64,000 bases of DNA from the NCBI GenBank assembly GCA_964016885.1, contig OZ024743.1, forward strand, positions 165,726,001 through 165,790,000, given 5' to 3'. The notes under the pieces were generated by a model that was given only the letters and a program-made list of their open reading frames with translations, ran no database searches and had not been told where the DNA came from. Positions 1-12,331 of the stretch are shown one piece after another (the first letter of the stretch is position 1; each line of letters starts with the position of its first letter). The position numbers and the translations under genes were made by a program. The stretch is from Eledone cirrhosa (taxonomy: Eukaryota).

Positions 1-58
1 CATTCTTTTTTCTATGTCCATACCTGCATTGTTTTGGCTTAATTACACATATTCAAAC

Positions 59-587
<529 letters not shown>

Positions 588-601
588 CATACATACATAC
601 A

Positions 602-672
<71 letters not shown>

Positions 673-680
673 AGAATAAT

Positions 681-864
681 TGTTTCTACTTTTGGCACAA
701 GGCCAGCAATTACCCAGTGTATTACTGGTACTTTATTTTATCGACCCCGTGAGGATGAAAGGCAAAGTCAACCTCGGCGGGATTTGAACTCAGATCGTAA
801 AGGGACGTAACTATGCTGGAAAGCATGGCGTCCGACCCTCTACCGATACTGCCAATCCACCGCC
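681..864 (-). mobile_element. tRNA-derived SINE with 19-bp TSD
   Basis: Minus strand has box A-like TGGCAGTATCGG and box B GAGTTCAAATCC. Duplication tatatattcaaagaataat at 662-680 and 865-883. Several copies in the window. Confidence 0.9.
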
Positions 865-972
865 TATATATTCAAAGAATAATGAAAACAAATCAGCACA
901 ACAATAATTGTTAAAACACCAAAATGCCGTTAATGACGGCGTCGGTAAGATTCCTTCAAGATTTATTATAGC

Positions 973-1034
973 AAACACTATGTACATTTCAGTGGTCAGG
1001 TTAAATAAGATCCTGGTGACAACATCGGGTGTTT
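973..1034 (-). ncRNA. Degenerate type-I hammerhead motif in a PLE-like relic
   Basis: Minus strand: aaacac CCGATGT ...cagg/cctg... GAAA tgtaca TA gtgttt, then AATAAA. Stem I is 6 bp and stem III is the palindrome ATGTACAT, but core A9 is mutated. Confidence 0.55.
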
Positions 1035-1256
1035 ATTGCATAATAATTATATAATAAAGGAATAATGGTAAACACAATCCAAGAGGCTATAAAAAAAAAC
1101 AGAGAAAAATGTTTTCGACTCGAAGGCAATCAAGAGGGCCAATTGTTGTCAGTTTGGCTGACCACCTTCGAGTGAGGAATCTCATCAATTTTGTCTTTCA
1201 GGTTTTGTCAGGGGGTGGTATGCTTAGTATGTCTACTACTACTACCCTGCCATTCA

Positions 1257-1305
<49 letters not shown>

Positions 1306-1307
<2 letters not shown>

Positions 1308-2147
1308 TTATTAAAATAACAGATTAAAGTTTAAGCAAAGAATCGCTGCTTTCACCCTTAACGGGATCTTCTGAAACTAACAAAGTCAATCTGTAAACGC
1401 AGAACTGGATATTTCAAAAAACGTTGCAACCGGAGGAAGACAGGAAGACGATACTTTGGTTCATGGTGACGTTCGCTGGCAAAGAACGGGAAAAAAAACG
1501 AATAATACGTCATTAATTATTTATTTATTTGTACACAAGCATACACACATACACATATTTATATGTGCGTGGTTTTGTATACCTATGGTAAGGTTTTGCG
1601 TATGCTTGTGTATGTACGTATCTGTTTGCGTGTATGTATTTATTTGTTTCTATTACTTCTGTAATGTATTTATTTACTTTGTTCTTAACTCTGTAGCGGA
1701 GATTCATTCGGTCTCATAGTTAGAATTTTAGTCTACGACTTCTGCTATACCATTTACGTGGTTTTGTCTTTGCGTGCTATTGTTCTCCACGCTCCACATA
1801 TGACTTATTATCTTCGTTTTTTCGTTCATTGCCAGAGAACGTCTCTATGCACCACTTAGAGAACATTAGTCTACGACCTCTTTTATACCATAAATGTGGT
1901 TCTGTCTTTGCACGTAATTGTTTTTCACCGCTCCTATTAATGACGTATTATTCGTTTTTTTTCCCGTTCTTTGCCAGCGAACGTTACCACGAACCAAAGT
2001 ATCGTCTTCCTGTCTTCCTCCGGTTGCAACGTTTTTTGAAATATCCAGTTCTGCGTTTACAGATTGACTTTGTTAGTTTCACAAGATCCCGTTAAGGGTG
2101 AAAGCAGCGATTCTTTGCTTAAACTTTAATCTGTTATTTTAATAAAT
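1306..2147. repeat. ~212-bp inverted repeat (1306-1517 / 1936-2147), probable PLE-type inverted pseudo-LTR
   Basis: Arms are near-perfect reverse complements with (TA)n nearby on both sides. A piece of the same sequence recurs at 9693-9795. Confidence 0.75.
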
Positions 2148-2284
2148 ATTTGCTCTTCGGTTCTTATATATTTGATATATATTTTCCTTATCGAGCCCTC
2201 GCTGGATTTTAGTCTTCAATTTTATTATTATTACTATTATTATTATTACTATATATATATATATATATATATTCAAAGAATAAT

Positions 2285-2468
2285 TGTTTCTACTTTAGGC
2301 ACAAGGCCAGCAATTACCCAGTACATTACTGGTACTTTATTTTATCGACCCCGTAAGGATGAAAGGCAAAGTTAACCTCGGCGGGATTTGAACTCAGACT
2401 GTAAAGGGACGTAACTATGCTAGAAAACATGGCGTCCAACCCTCTACCGACACTGCCAATTCACCGCC
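2285..2468 (-). mobile_element. tRNA-derived SINE, same flanks as 681-864
   Basis: High identity to 681-864, including the atatattcaaagaataat duplication and about 60 bp of adjacent flank. Confidence 0.9.
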
Positions 2469-2670
2469 CTTTAATATATATATTCAAAGAATAATGAAAA
2501 CAAAACAGCACAAGAATAATTGTTAAAACACCAAAATGCCGTTAATGACGGCGTCGGATAAAAGTTACCGCAGAGACAGAAATCAGTGGCTAAAGGTGTG
2601 TTGGCTCGCAGAAGTGACAGGCTTTTGTTGTCCTTTTAGCACCGACTTGGCGCCGGAAAGACGCTCTTTA

Positions 2671-2812
<142 letters not shown>

Positions 2813-3036
2813 GAACTGTCTGTATATCTATTTTGTTCGTTTTATCATGCACACATTATACCAGCAGAAACATTTATTTTTCTGTTGCACGAGCCGGCAA
2901 ATGTGAGGTCCACTTAAAACGTGCAGAACCACAGCCGATCTGAGAACTGAAGAGGTGGAAAGATGTGTGTGTCATCTTGACTCGTTCATTTTCATGTAAA
3001 TGTGTCCCGTTTGTGGCACGATTGCCACCACCATCA

Positions 3037-3672
3037 CATTCTTGTCTATAGAAACGGACATGTCAGTTAGCAGGCATACCCTCTTTTTAAAGTCCTTCAG
3101 TATTATATCAGGTCTATTTGCATCTATTTTTCGGTCTGTTTGGATGCTAAAGTTCCACAAAATTGAGATGTGACCTTTTTCAAGTACGGGAGATGGCTGA
3201 TGCTCCCACCAATTCTTTTGATGGAGCAGGTCAAAATGCTTACATATTACCCAATGTATGTATTATGCAGCTCTGTCATGCCTGTTTAGGTATTCGGTTG
3301 GAGCTATAGGACTACATATTGAAATTATAGGATCAATGATGTCTGGTTGTTTTTTACATACACGGCATAATGGGTTGCATCCATGTTTTATGATGTTGGC
3401 TTGATAATGTTTTGTTGGCAGACACTGATATAATCAGTCCTTCAGTCTCCGATTTCAGTCCAGAGGATGCCAACCACTGATGGGTTAAAGTTTTGTCAAC
3501 ATCACGATTGTTAGCTCTTTCTGGGTATTTTCCATACAGAAGATTTTCTTGCCATTTCTTATGAAGTTTCTGTAGCAGTTCTTTCTTTGCAGTTACTTTT
3601 ACCTGCTTTGCTTTTTCTGTGCCTTTCATTTCAGCAGTAAATGGAACTTTTGAAATTTGTAGTCCATTATTA
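3037..3672 (-). mobile_element. Dong/R4 family A fragment (Zn knuckle and REL region)
   Basis: ORFs 2972..3160 (RPDII) and 3354..3629 match the C-terminus of 18689..21781. Confidence 0.9.
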
Positions 3673-3702
3673 CTGTGTTTTTCATTTCAGAAGTAAAGGG
3701 AA

Positions 3703-4189
3703 TTTAGAATGTTAGTATCAGTGTATATATATTATTAAAAATAACAATAATTGCAGGTGCATGTTGTGACATGGTTTTACTTCACAGAAGTCAAATAAAT
3801 TAATAGAAATAATTTTTACCACATGTTGATGGTCAGTTGGTCGCAACTCCCAGACTGGAGCGTGTAGAGAAAGAGAGAGAGAGAAGACAGCAGTCATCTC
3901 TTCATAAGACAGGATTTATCTCTAGGGAGAGAAAGCAGGAATCGTCTCTTGAAGGTTGAAGTCGTTCTTTTCAGCTGCGGCGTAGGAAGTGAGAGAGAGT
4001 GGCTTAAGTTCTCAAATATATAGTCCCCAGGGGGACGCAACTCCATTTAGTACATGGATCTGCCACTGGGAGTCGCGACCGTCACAAAAGGACGCAACTC
4101 CTATACTTATCTTCCACTGGGAGTCGCAACCGTCACAAAGGGACGCAATTCCTATACGTTCTGAGGTCCAGCCGTAAGGGGTCGCTACA
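3703..4189 (-). repeat. 3' LTR of the gypsy element
   Basis: Near-identical to 8532-8964, plus a ~50-bp internal duplication. Starts TGTAGC just after the PPT (4190-4203). Confidence 0.93.
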
Positions 4190-4630
4190 GTACCCTCCTC
4201 CAGACGATAGGCGAAAGCCCGAAGGCAATTGTAGCGAACCCACAAGCATGGGCTCCCAGCACAGGCATGAAATATTAACGAAAAGGTACATGTATAAATC
4301 AAGCATGAAATAGTAACGAAAGGGTACATGTATACATAGTAATACAATAAAGAGAAAAACAAAAAGGCTCCAGTGGCCAGTTCACATAAAAACAGTTTGG
4401 CAGAGTTTTTTGGGCCAGTGGACTCTTCGACCGGAACGGCTCGTGGTCTTGTATGTAGGTGAAGGTGGGGCAGAAGGAGCAGGTGTATGCATAAGAGAGA
4501 GAGATTGAGGTATTTATGGCTCGGGTGTATGAGCGTCATTGTATTCCCTTTTTAGTCTATCCACCGAAATTGTCTCTCCGGGCCCCTTAATGTCTACTGT
4601 GAAATGTTTGTTAGTACGTGATAACACACG

Positions 4631-7135
4631 TTAGGGTCCAGAATATGGCTGTGTGAGGGGTGGAGTAACCGCGTCGTTTCTGACGAATACATGTGTCCAC
4701 GAGGCAATATTCCTCGGGACTGCAGCTTTAATAGTTTGTTTCCTAGTATTCATGGGCGGTAAGTCTTGAAAATAGGAGCGCAAACGAGATACGTAGGAAA
4801 CAGGGTCCTGAAAAGCAAGATCAACAGGGGCAAGCATTTGCCCAGGCAACGCTAGAAGAGCACCATACAGTAATTCGGCCGGGGAGAACCCAAGGTCCTC
4901 CTTTATTGATGACCGAATTCCTAACAACACAACAGGAAGGTACTCGCTCCAATGTTGAGAGTCTGGATAGGCGCGAAGAGCGGCCTTTAATTGGCGGTGG
5001 AATCGTTCCACCATTCCGTTCTAAGCAGGATGATAAGCTGTGGTCCGAATCCGTTGAGCACCAATGATCTTTGTCAGCTCCGAGAAGTGATGAGACTTCA
5101 ATTGTCTACCACGGTCTGTGGTGACTGTAGTTGATACCCCAAAGCGGCCATCGCGAAAAACGATCGATGCAGGTCAAGAGGTAAGAATATCCACTACTGA
5201 ATGGCCAAGGTCCAACGATATCAATGTGTATGTGTTGAAACCGAGCATCTGGAGTACTGAAAGTACCAAGTGGAGTCCGGATGTGTCTGTGAACTTTAGA
5301 TCTCTGACACTGTGTGCAGGAACGGCACCAGACAGTAATTTCTCGCCTCATATTGGGCCAGAAAAATCTAGCCATTATGAGCTTTACTGTGGCTGAAATT
5401 CCTGGGTAAGAAATACTGTGCAAAGCAAGGAACACAATTCGACGGTGAGTCTCGGGAACATAAGGTCGTGGTGAATCCGTAGATTGGTCGACAAGGGCAG
5501 ATATTTGAAGATACAATTCGCAAACTCGGCTGAAAGAGTATCCAACGATTGGAGTGCAGGTTGGTCTGCAGCTAAACGACCTAAGTCGATCTCCTGGGAT
5601 TACGAGATGGAGCTGATTGGCAAACGTGACAATGCGTCTGCAGCTATGTTAAGCGAGCCAGCAATGTGCTGGATATCAATTGTAAATTGCGAAACGTAAT
5701 CCAGGTGCCTTTTCTCTCTGGGTGAATATCTATCGGCTTTAGCCCTCAAAGCGAAGGTCAGACGTTTGTGGTCAGTTAAAACAGTAAAATTTCTCCCCTC
5801 AAGAATATGAGAGAAATGTTTCGCCGACAGATATATGGCTAATAATTCCCGCCCAAACGTGTTGTAACGCGTTTCTGCTGGTTTCAGCTTCCTTGAGAAA
5901 AATGCCAAAGGTTGTTGGTTTCCAGCATTATACTGCTGGAAAACTGCTCCCACAGCGGTATCAGATGCATCAACACAAAACGAAAGCTTGGCCTCTGGTA
6001 CCGGGTGGGCTAGCAAAGATGAACTAGCGAGTGCTGTCTTGGCAATCTGGAAGTCTTTAAGCTGTCCTTGTGTCAAGGAAATATCCTCTTTCTTCTTACG
6101 ACGATTTTCAAAATGTCAGTAAGGGAAGATAGCAAATTAGCACAATGAGGAACGAAACGCCTATAGAAATTGATTAGGCCTAAGAAGTGACGCAACTGGT
6201 GAAGTGTAGTAGGCGGAGGTAAATCCTGTATGGCTCGAACTCGCTGGGGAGGCGGCCTAATACCATCGGCGGCGATGAGGTGGCCCAAAATATTTAGCGA
6301 AGTGGAACCGAAAACACACTTTGCGGGATTCACACGAACGCGGTAATCCTGAAGTCGCCGAAATAAAAGATGCATGTGACGCATATGCTCTTCCGGAGAG
6401 GAACTAGCGACGAGAAGATCGTCTATGTATGCATAAACGAAGTCCAGACCACGAGTGACTTCGTCTATGAACCGCTGAAAAGTGCTAGCGGCGTTCCTGA
6501 GTCCGAAAGGCATGGTCAAAAAATTCGAAGGATCCGAAAGGAGTTGTAATCGCCGTTTTCGGAATATCCTCTTTCCTGACCGGAATTTGGTGGTAAGCTC
6601 GCACTAAATCTAGTTTTGAGAAAATCTTACACCCCTGCAATGACGATCCGAAATCCTGGAGATGGGGGATGGGATACCTATCCGGGACGGTCATAGCATT
6701 TAACCTCCTATAATCCCCAGTGGGTCTCCAGTCGCCGGAAGCCTTGGGCACCATGTGTAACGGTGAAGCCCAAGGACTCGTAGATGGGTTAATAATGCCC
6801 AGCTACAGCATATGGTCGAACTCGGACCGTGCTGCCTTTAATCTGTCTTCCGGTAAGCGGCGTGGACGCGAAAACACTGGAGCACCGGTGGTGGAAATAA
6901 AATATTCAGTTGAGTGGGTTGGCTCAGTGACTCGAAAATTTCCATCGGTGAGCTCCGGGAAAGAACCTAACAACGAATGGTAGGCGTCTCCAGCGGCAGC
7001 GATGAAGAATATGGGGCTGTCTGTTGGAGCATTGGCTTTCCGGCCACGAATTGAAAAACCGGTGATGTCATCCACCAGGCGTTGGCCACGGACATCCACA
7101 GTCAAAGAGAAGTTGTGGAGGTCAACTGCTCCCAT
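4631..7135 (-). pseudogene. Frameshifted gypsy pol (RT, RNase H, integrase; protease core not seen)
   Basis: [30 protein letters not shown]; DAS..FFSRKL..ELLA..TDH..ADALSR; CxxC..HIDIVGP..ERFHRQLK. Confidence 0.92.
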
Positions 7136-7173
7136 CAGCGGACCTCTTTGGCGTTTCCCGCCTTATGAAACGA

Positions 7174-8019
7174 TCAAAGTTGCACGCAGTGGTTCGCGAT
7201 CTCCGTAAAACGCTCGTGGTACCAGCATAAAGATGAAGCTGGTGACGTGGGGCGGCATCTAAAAGAGTGAGATCTCCCGCGGTTGTGCGAGCACGAACGG
7301 ACACCACACCAGACCTTCATCTTCTGGAGCTCCAGGGTGAGTTCCTGAATGGACTTCTGCATCGCCATAATGGCTAAGCTGTCTGTAGGAGTTGCGGCGC
7401 AGATGGCATGGCCAGGTGTGGCCTGAGCTGGTTGGGAAACAGCGGTAAGGGCTTCCCTGCCTCCAGCACCCATGACTTCAAAAACTTTGTCCGCAGAGGC
7501 AGCAAGCTGATCCAGTGTGCAAGTGTCCCTAATGGGGGCTAAAATTGCCTGTACGTTGGTCGGTAGGCGCGAGAAGAACAACTGCTTCAATATGGCAGAT
7601 TCCGCTACTGACCCCTCCATTAGGTCCTTTATTCGCCTTAGGAGGTTCGATCGGGTGCCATCACCGATTTGCTCTAGATGGACCAGAGCCCTAAATCTTT
7701 TTTCTGTGAACTGTGCAGTCCGGCTGAGTATTTCAGCCTTCAGAGACTTGTACGTCGCGTCGGTTGGTGTCTCTAACACCAGGTCCTTAATCGCTGGGAT
7801 AAGTGCCGGCGGAATTGCATTAAGGACTAGGGGACGCTGTCGTGCTTCGTCGATTCTGTTCGCCTCGAAAATTGCTTCGAGTTGGGCGAACCATAACCTT
7901 ACGTCGCCCGTGTATGTAGGTAGAACAGAATGAGATGCTATTGGTATGCCGTAGGTAATCTGCCAAAAAATTGTCTCCGTTTGGAAAAATGCCTCCAACA
8001 CGAATGAAAAGGAAAACAA
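7174..8019 (-). CDS. Gypsy Gag-like protein
   Basis: LWFAQLEAIF N-terminal block and LCWYHERF..A..C, the CHCC-type motif of CsRn1-like Gag, with a truncated end. Start codon uncertain. Confidence 0.8.
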   Translation of the reverse strand: MFSFSFVLEAFFQTETIFWQITYGIPIASHSVLPTYTGDVRLWFAQLEAIFEANRIDEARQRPLVLNAIPPALIPAIKDLVLETPTDATYKSLKAEILSRTAQFTEKRFRALVHLEQIGDGTRSNLLRRIKDLMEGSVAESAILKQLFFSRLPTNVQAILAPIRDTCTLDQLAASADKVFEVMGAGGREALTAVSQPAQATPGHAICAATPTDSLAIMAMQKSIQELTLELQKMKVWCGVRSCSHNRGRSHSFRCRPTSPASSLCWYHERFTEIANHCVQL

Positions 8020-8519
8020 AATCGCTTGTTTTTCTCTGTCAAATAACTGGACAGGAAAAAGAATGCATCCGAAACAACATGTAAAGGAGCGACTAACCGA
8101 GCGATGTCATTAACAAGGTATAGGCAGGGAATTTAAAACTAAAACCAACATGGCGGACGATTTCGCGCCAAAAACACTATTGATGGAGAAGAAAGCCGCC
8201 ATCTTGTCATCCTCAAAGATTTTAGCCAGAGAAAAGAAGAGAAGAAGAAAAGAAGAAAAAACATTCATACAATTGTTGTTTTGCTAGGAAGCTAGCAGCA
8301 ATATCATCTATTATTTTTTCTTGTGTGTGTGTTTGTGTGTAAATAAATGGAATATTCGCTTTGCCCATATGAGGAGTTTGATTGTTAAATGTTACAGATA
8401 AACATGCTAAAATCAGTAAAATACAGCCAGATCAGAATGAAGCGTGTTGTTCTGTATTAAATGTTTTTTTCTTTTTTTTTATATACACATAATAACGCTT
8501 CCCTTTTTTTTTTTTTTTT

Positions 8520-8530
8520 CGGTGTCACCA
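8520..8530 (-). promoter_or_regulatory. Primer binding site, tRNA-Trp-like
   Basis: TGGTGACACCG lies 1 nt inside the 5' LTR. Confidence 0.8.
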
Positions 8531-8531
8531 A

Positions 8532-8964
8532 TTTAGAATGTTAGTTACAGTGTATATGTATTATTAAAAATAACAATAATTCCAGGTACATGTTGTGACA
8601 TGGTTTTACTTCACAGAAGTCAAATAAATTAATAGAAATAATTTTTACCACATGTTGATGGTCAGTTGGTCGCAACTCCCAGACTGGAGCGTGTAGAGAA
8701 AGAGAGAGAGAAGACAGGAGTCATCTCTTCATAAGACAGGATTCATCTCTAGGGAGAGAAAGCAGGAATCGTCTCTTGAAGGTTGAAGTCGTTCTTTTCA
8801 GCTGCGGCGTAGGAAGTGAGAGAGAGTGGCTTAAGTTCTCAAATATATAGTCCCCAGGGGGACGCAACTCCATTTAGTACATGGATCTGCCACTGGGAGT
8901 CGCGACCGTCACAAAGGGACGCAACTCCTATACGTTCTGAGTTCCAGCCGTAGGGGGTGCTACA
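8532..8964 (-). repeat. 5' LTR of the gypsy element
   Basis: Direct repeat of 3703-4189; reads TGTAG...CTAAA on the minus strand. Confidence 0.93.
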
Positions 8965-10991
8965 GGAACTTCTGAAATTTGTAGTTCATTACTGTATCTT
9001 TGTACATCTTTTGTAATGGAGTATGGTCTTTTGATGCTTTCGTGTTTCAAAACGAGTTTGATCATCCAATCATGTGATCCCTTAGATATGTAGATAATCC
9101 AGTTGTTGCAGTTTTCAAAGTAATATTCTAACTGGATTAATCCATGTCCTCCTTCTTTCCTAGGGAGATATATTCTATCTGTATCTGCCTTAGCGTGATG
9201 TATTCTGTGCATGTTTAGGAATTTTCTAATTTTTGTATCGAGCCTACGGATCTCTGTGCTTGACCAGTTGATGACATTGTAACTGTAAGTTACTACTGGT
9301 ATGGCAAGCGTGTTTATGGCATCGATCCTATTCCTTGCATTCAACTCCGTTCTTAAGATTGCTCTTACTCCGCGGTAACATTCCTTCCTTATCCTTTCCT
9401 CATTATCGAGTGTTGATTCCGTCTCCTTCACAAACACCTAGATATTTGTAAGTTTCCTCTTGATCAAGTTCTCTTATCACATTCCCCCGATCAAGATTAA
9501 TGTCTGAACTTCTCAGCAGCTTTCCTCTGTTCAACGTGGCTTTGGCGCATTTATCTAGTCCAAACTCTATTTTAATATCATCACTGAACTGCTTGGCAAT
9601 GGCCCTTGCAATTGCTCATCATTTTTTGCAAATAGTTTCAGGTCATCGATGTAGAACAAGTGATTAATGGTTTTGTCATAGACTTTATATACTGAAAGCA
9701 GCGATTCTTTGCTTAAACTTTAATCTGTTATTTTTATATATATATATATTAATATATATGTATATATATATATATTAAAATAACAGATTAAACTTTATAT
9801 ACTTAATGGTATAAGTGCGATGCAAAATAAAAGCGGTGATAAAAAGTCACCCTGAAAAATTTCACAATTAATATCAACTTCTCCAGCTTCTAGTGATTTT
9901 GCACTATTCAAAAGGAGTGTTGTTTATTATGTTTTCATACTGAATGATAGGAACCTCCTGACAACGGGAGATATTTTGAAAATCTCCAAACACTTTTCAA
10001 TCCAACTGTGTGGCAAACTATCGAAAGGTTTTTTGTAATCTATCCAAGCAATTGATAGATTTTTGTGTCTATTATGACAATCTTCCAGTATCATTTTGTT
10101 AACCAAAAGCTGATCTTTACAGCCATATGATCCTCGTTTACACCCTTTCTGCTCATTGGGAAATAGATCATTTGTTATCAGGTGGTCATATGTATATTCA
10201 GTTAGGACTGATGATAAAATTTTATACATTGTGGTCAAGCAAGTTATCGGTCTGTAATTTTTGGGATTGTTTGTCTCATCATTCTTCGGAAGTAGGAATG
10301 TATTGCTGGTAACTAGCCATGGTGGTATTTTTCTGGCTCCTTAACCATTTCATGTAAAATTGGGCTAACATCTCATGAGACTCTGTGAAGGCATTTATCC
10401 AAAAATTTTGTATTTTGTCTTTTCCTGGGGATTTCCATTTGCTGGATTTTCTAAGAGCTAAACGCAGATGTTCAACTGTTGTATTTTCCCATGTTTGTTC
10501 TTGAAGGTGAGCTGTATTTGTCTGTCTATCCATGGGGCATATATATTATAAACTTTTTCTTCGGCCCAGATCTCCTCCCAGAACGCTTGCACTTCCTCCT
10601 TGGGTGGTATTCATTTAGCAGTTATTGTTGACTTGCCTATTTTTCTGTAGAAGTTTCTTTGGTTGTTTTTGAACATATTATTGTCCTTATGGAATCTCGA
10701 TCGTTTTTCAAAGCGCCTTATACGAACAGCTTTGGCCGACACGTTTTGCTTGATTGTTTCTATCATCGTGTCTATGTCGCTTGTTGATTTTATAGTGTAT
10801 TTTCTTTTCAATTTTCTGAGTTGAGTCTGTTTTACATTTTCACCTACTTTGTAGTTTGCTAAAATTTCTATGTCAGATCGAAGAAGATTTATTTGGCGAT
10901 TGATGCCAAGTAGTTTTTTTTTTGTGGGCATTCCTTTGTTTTTTTCATTTTAACTCCACATAAGTGAGTGGTGACTTTAGCCGATGCATAA

Positions 10992-11210
10992 TAGAGATGA
11001 TTTAGATCAATAATTGTATCTACTTTTGGCACAAGGCCAGCAATTACCCAATGCATTACTAGTACTTTATTCTATCGACCCCGGAAGGATGAAAGGCAAA
11101 GTTAACCTCTCATCCTTCCGGGGTCGGTAGAATAAAGTACCAGTAATGCATTGGGTAATTGCTGGCCTTGTGCCAAAAGTAGAAACAATTATTGATCTAA
11201 ATCATCTCTA
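10992..11210. repeat. Fold-back palindrome (~101-bp arms) of a SINE 3' half plus target DNA
   Basis: 10992-11092 is the reverse complement of 11110-11210, with a 17-nt loop. Confidence 0.9.
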
Positions 11211-11969
11211 CTTAGATCAATAATGTTTAGTTTACTTGTGATGATAATGTATTTGAGAGCTATGTATTTGAGAGCTATGTTAGTCTTGCGTATTATCCTT
11301 TGGTTTTGGTTGGATTTCTGGATCTTAGGGAGGTTGTCTCGTTCCCCCATGTCAGATTCTTTCATTTTCATCCATTCGATCATAATTTCATTCTTCAAGT
11401 TTGCGAGTTCATTCTCATTCATTTCTTTATCATTTACGATCTCATTGTTTTCATTTTGAGTTTCATCTTGAGCATGCACTCCTTCCACTTTTTCGATCCT
11501 TTCTTTAATTTGTTCTGCTGTCAGTGATTCCGCCCCGACTCTGGGATTTAAGGTGTTACAATTTACTTCGTTTTCACTGACACATGTTTCATTTTCCCTT
11601 CGCTGACTTTGCGCTAATTGCTTGATCTGATCAATTTCTATGTCAGTTAGTAACTTCTTCTTAACAATATTTCTTCGTATATTGGCTAGTTTGTTACTGT
11701 CAATATAGCCTCTGTTTTCGGGATGTTTCTTTTTCCAGTTGATATATGTCTGTTCTGTATTCGATCTATTTGATGGGTAGTACATGACAGTGTAGAAAGC
11801 CTCAAGGACTTCTTTATTGTCTTCCCTTGACCATTTTCCTTTCTTTTTCTTTGGATTTCTTGGTGGTGAGCATGGAGGGCCAACAGTAGGAGTATTCCGG
11901 TTATGGGAGGTCTCCAGCTCCAAATTGATGGGAAGGTTTGAACCATTAACTGAATGTTCGACCCCAGTC

Positions 11970-12331
11970 GACGGCCGATCTGGTATGAGTTTTTATCATT
12001 TGACATTGGATATATTTTGTTACGTTTTTATCATTGACCCGGGTGACGGCCGATCTGGTATGAGTTTTTATCATTTGACATTGGATATATTTTGTTACGT
12101 TTTTATCATTGACCCGGGTGACGGCCGATCTGGTATGAGTTTTTATCATTTGACATTGGATATATTTTGTTACGTTTTTATCATTGACCCGGGTGACGGC
12201 CGATCTGGTATGAGTTTTTATCATTTGACATTGGATATATTTTGTTACGTTTTTATCATTGACCCGGGTGACGGCCGATCCGGTATGAGTTTTTATCATT
12301 TGACATTGGATATATTTTGTTACGTTTTATC
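11970..12331. repeat. 75-bp tandem repeat, ~4.8 copies, over the Dong-A1 start-codon region
   Basis: gacggccgatc recurs at 11970, 12045, 12120, 12195 and 12270. Confidence 0.97.

Larger units (their letters stand above)
3703..8964 (-). mobile_element. Ty3/gypsy LTR retrotransposon, CsRn1-like clade, decayed
   Basis: LTRs 8532-8964 and 3703-4189; 4-bp TSD GGAA (3699-3702, 8965-8968); PBS TGGTGACACCG; PPT GGAGGAGGG; gag-RT-RH-IN order; Gag CWYH..C motif. Confidence 0.93.

Noticed and set aside
681-864. tRNA gene
   Set aside because: Box A and box B are present, but within a multi-copy SINE with a TSD and no complete cloverleaf.
11970-12331. CRISPR-like array
   Set aside because: The units are identical end to end with no unique spacers, and the context is eukaryotic.
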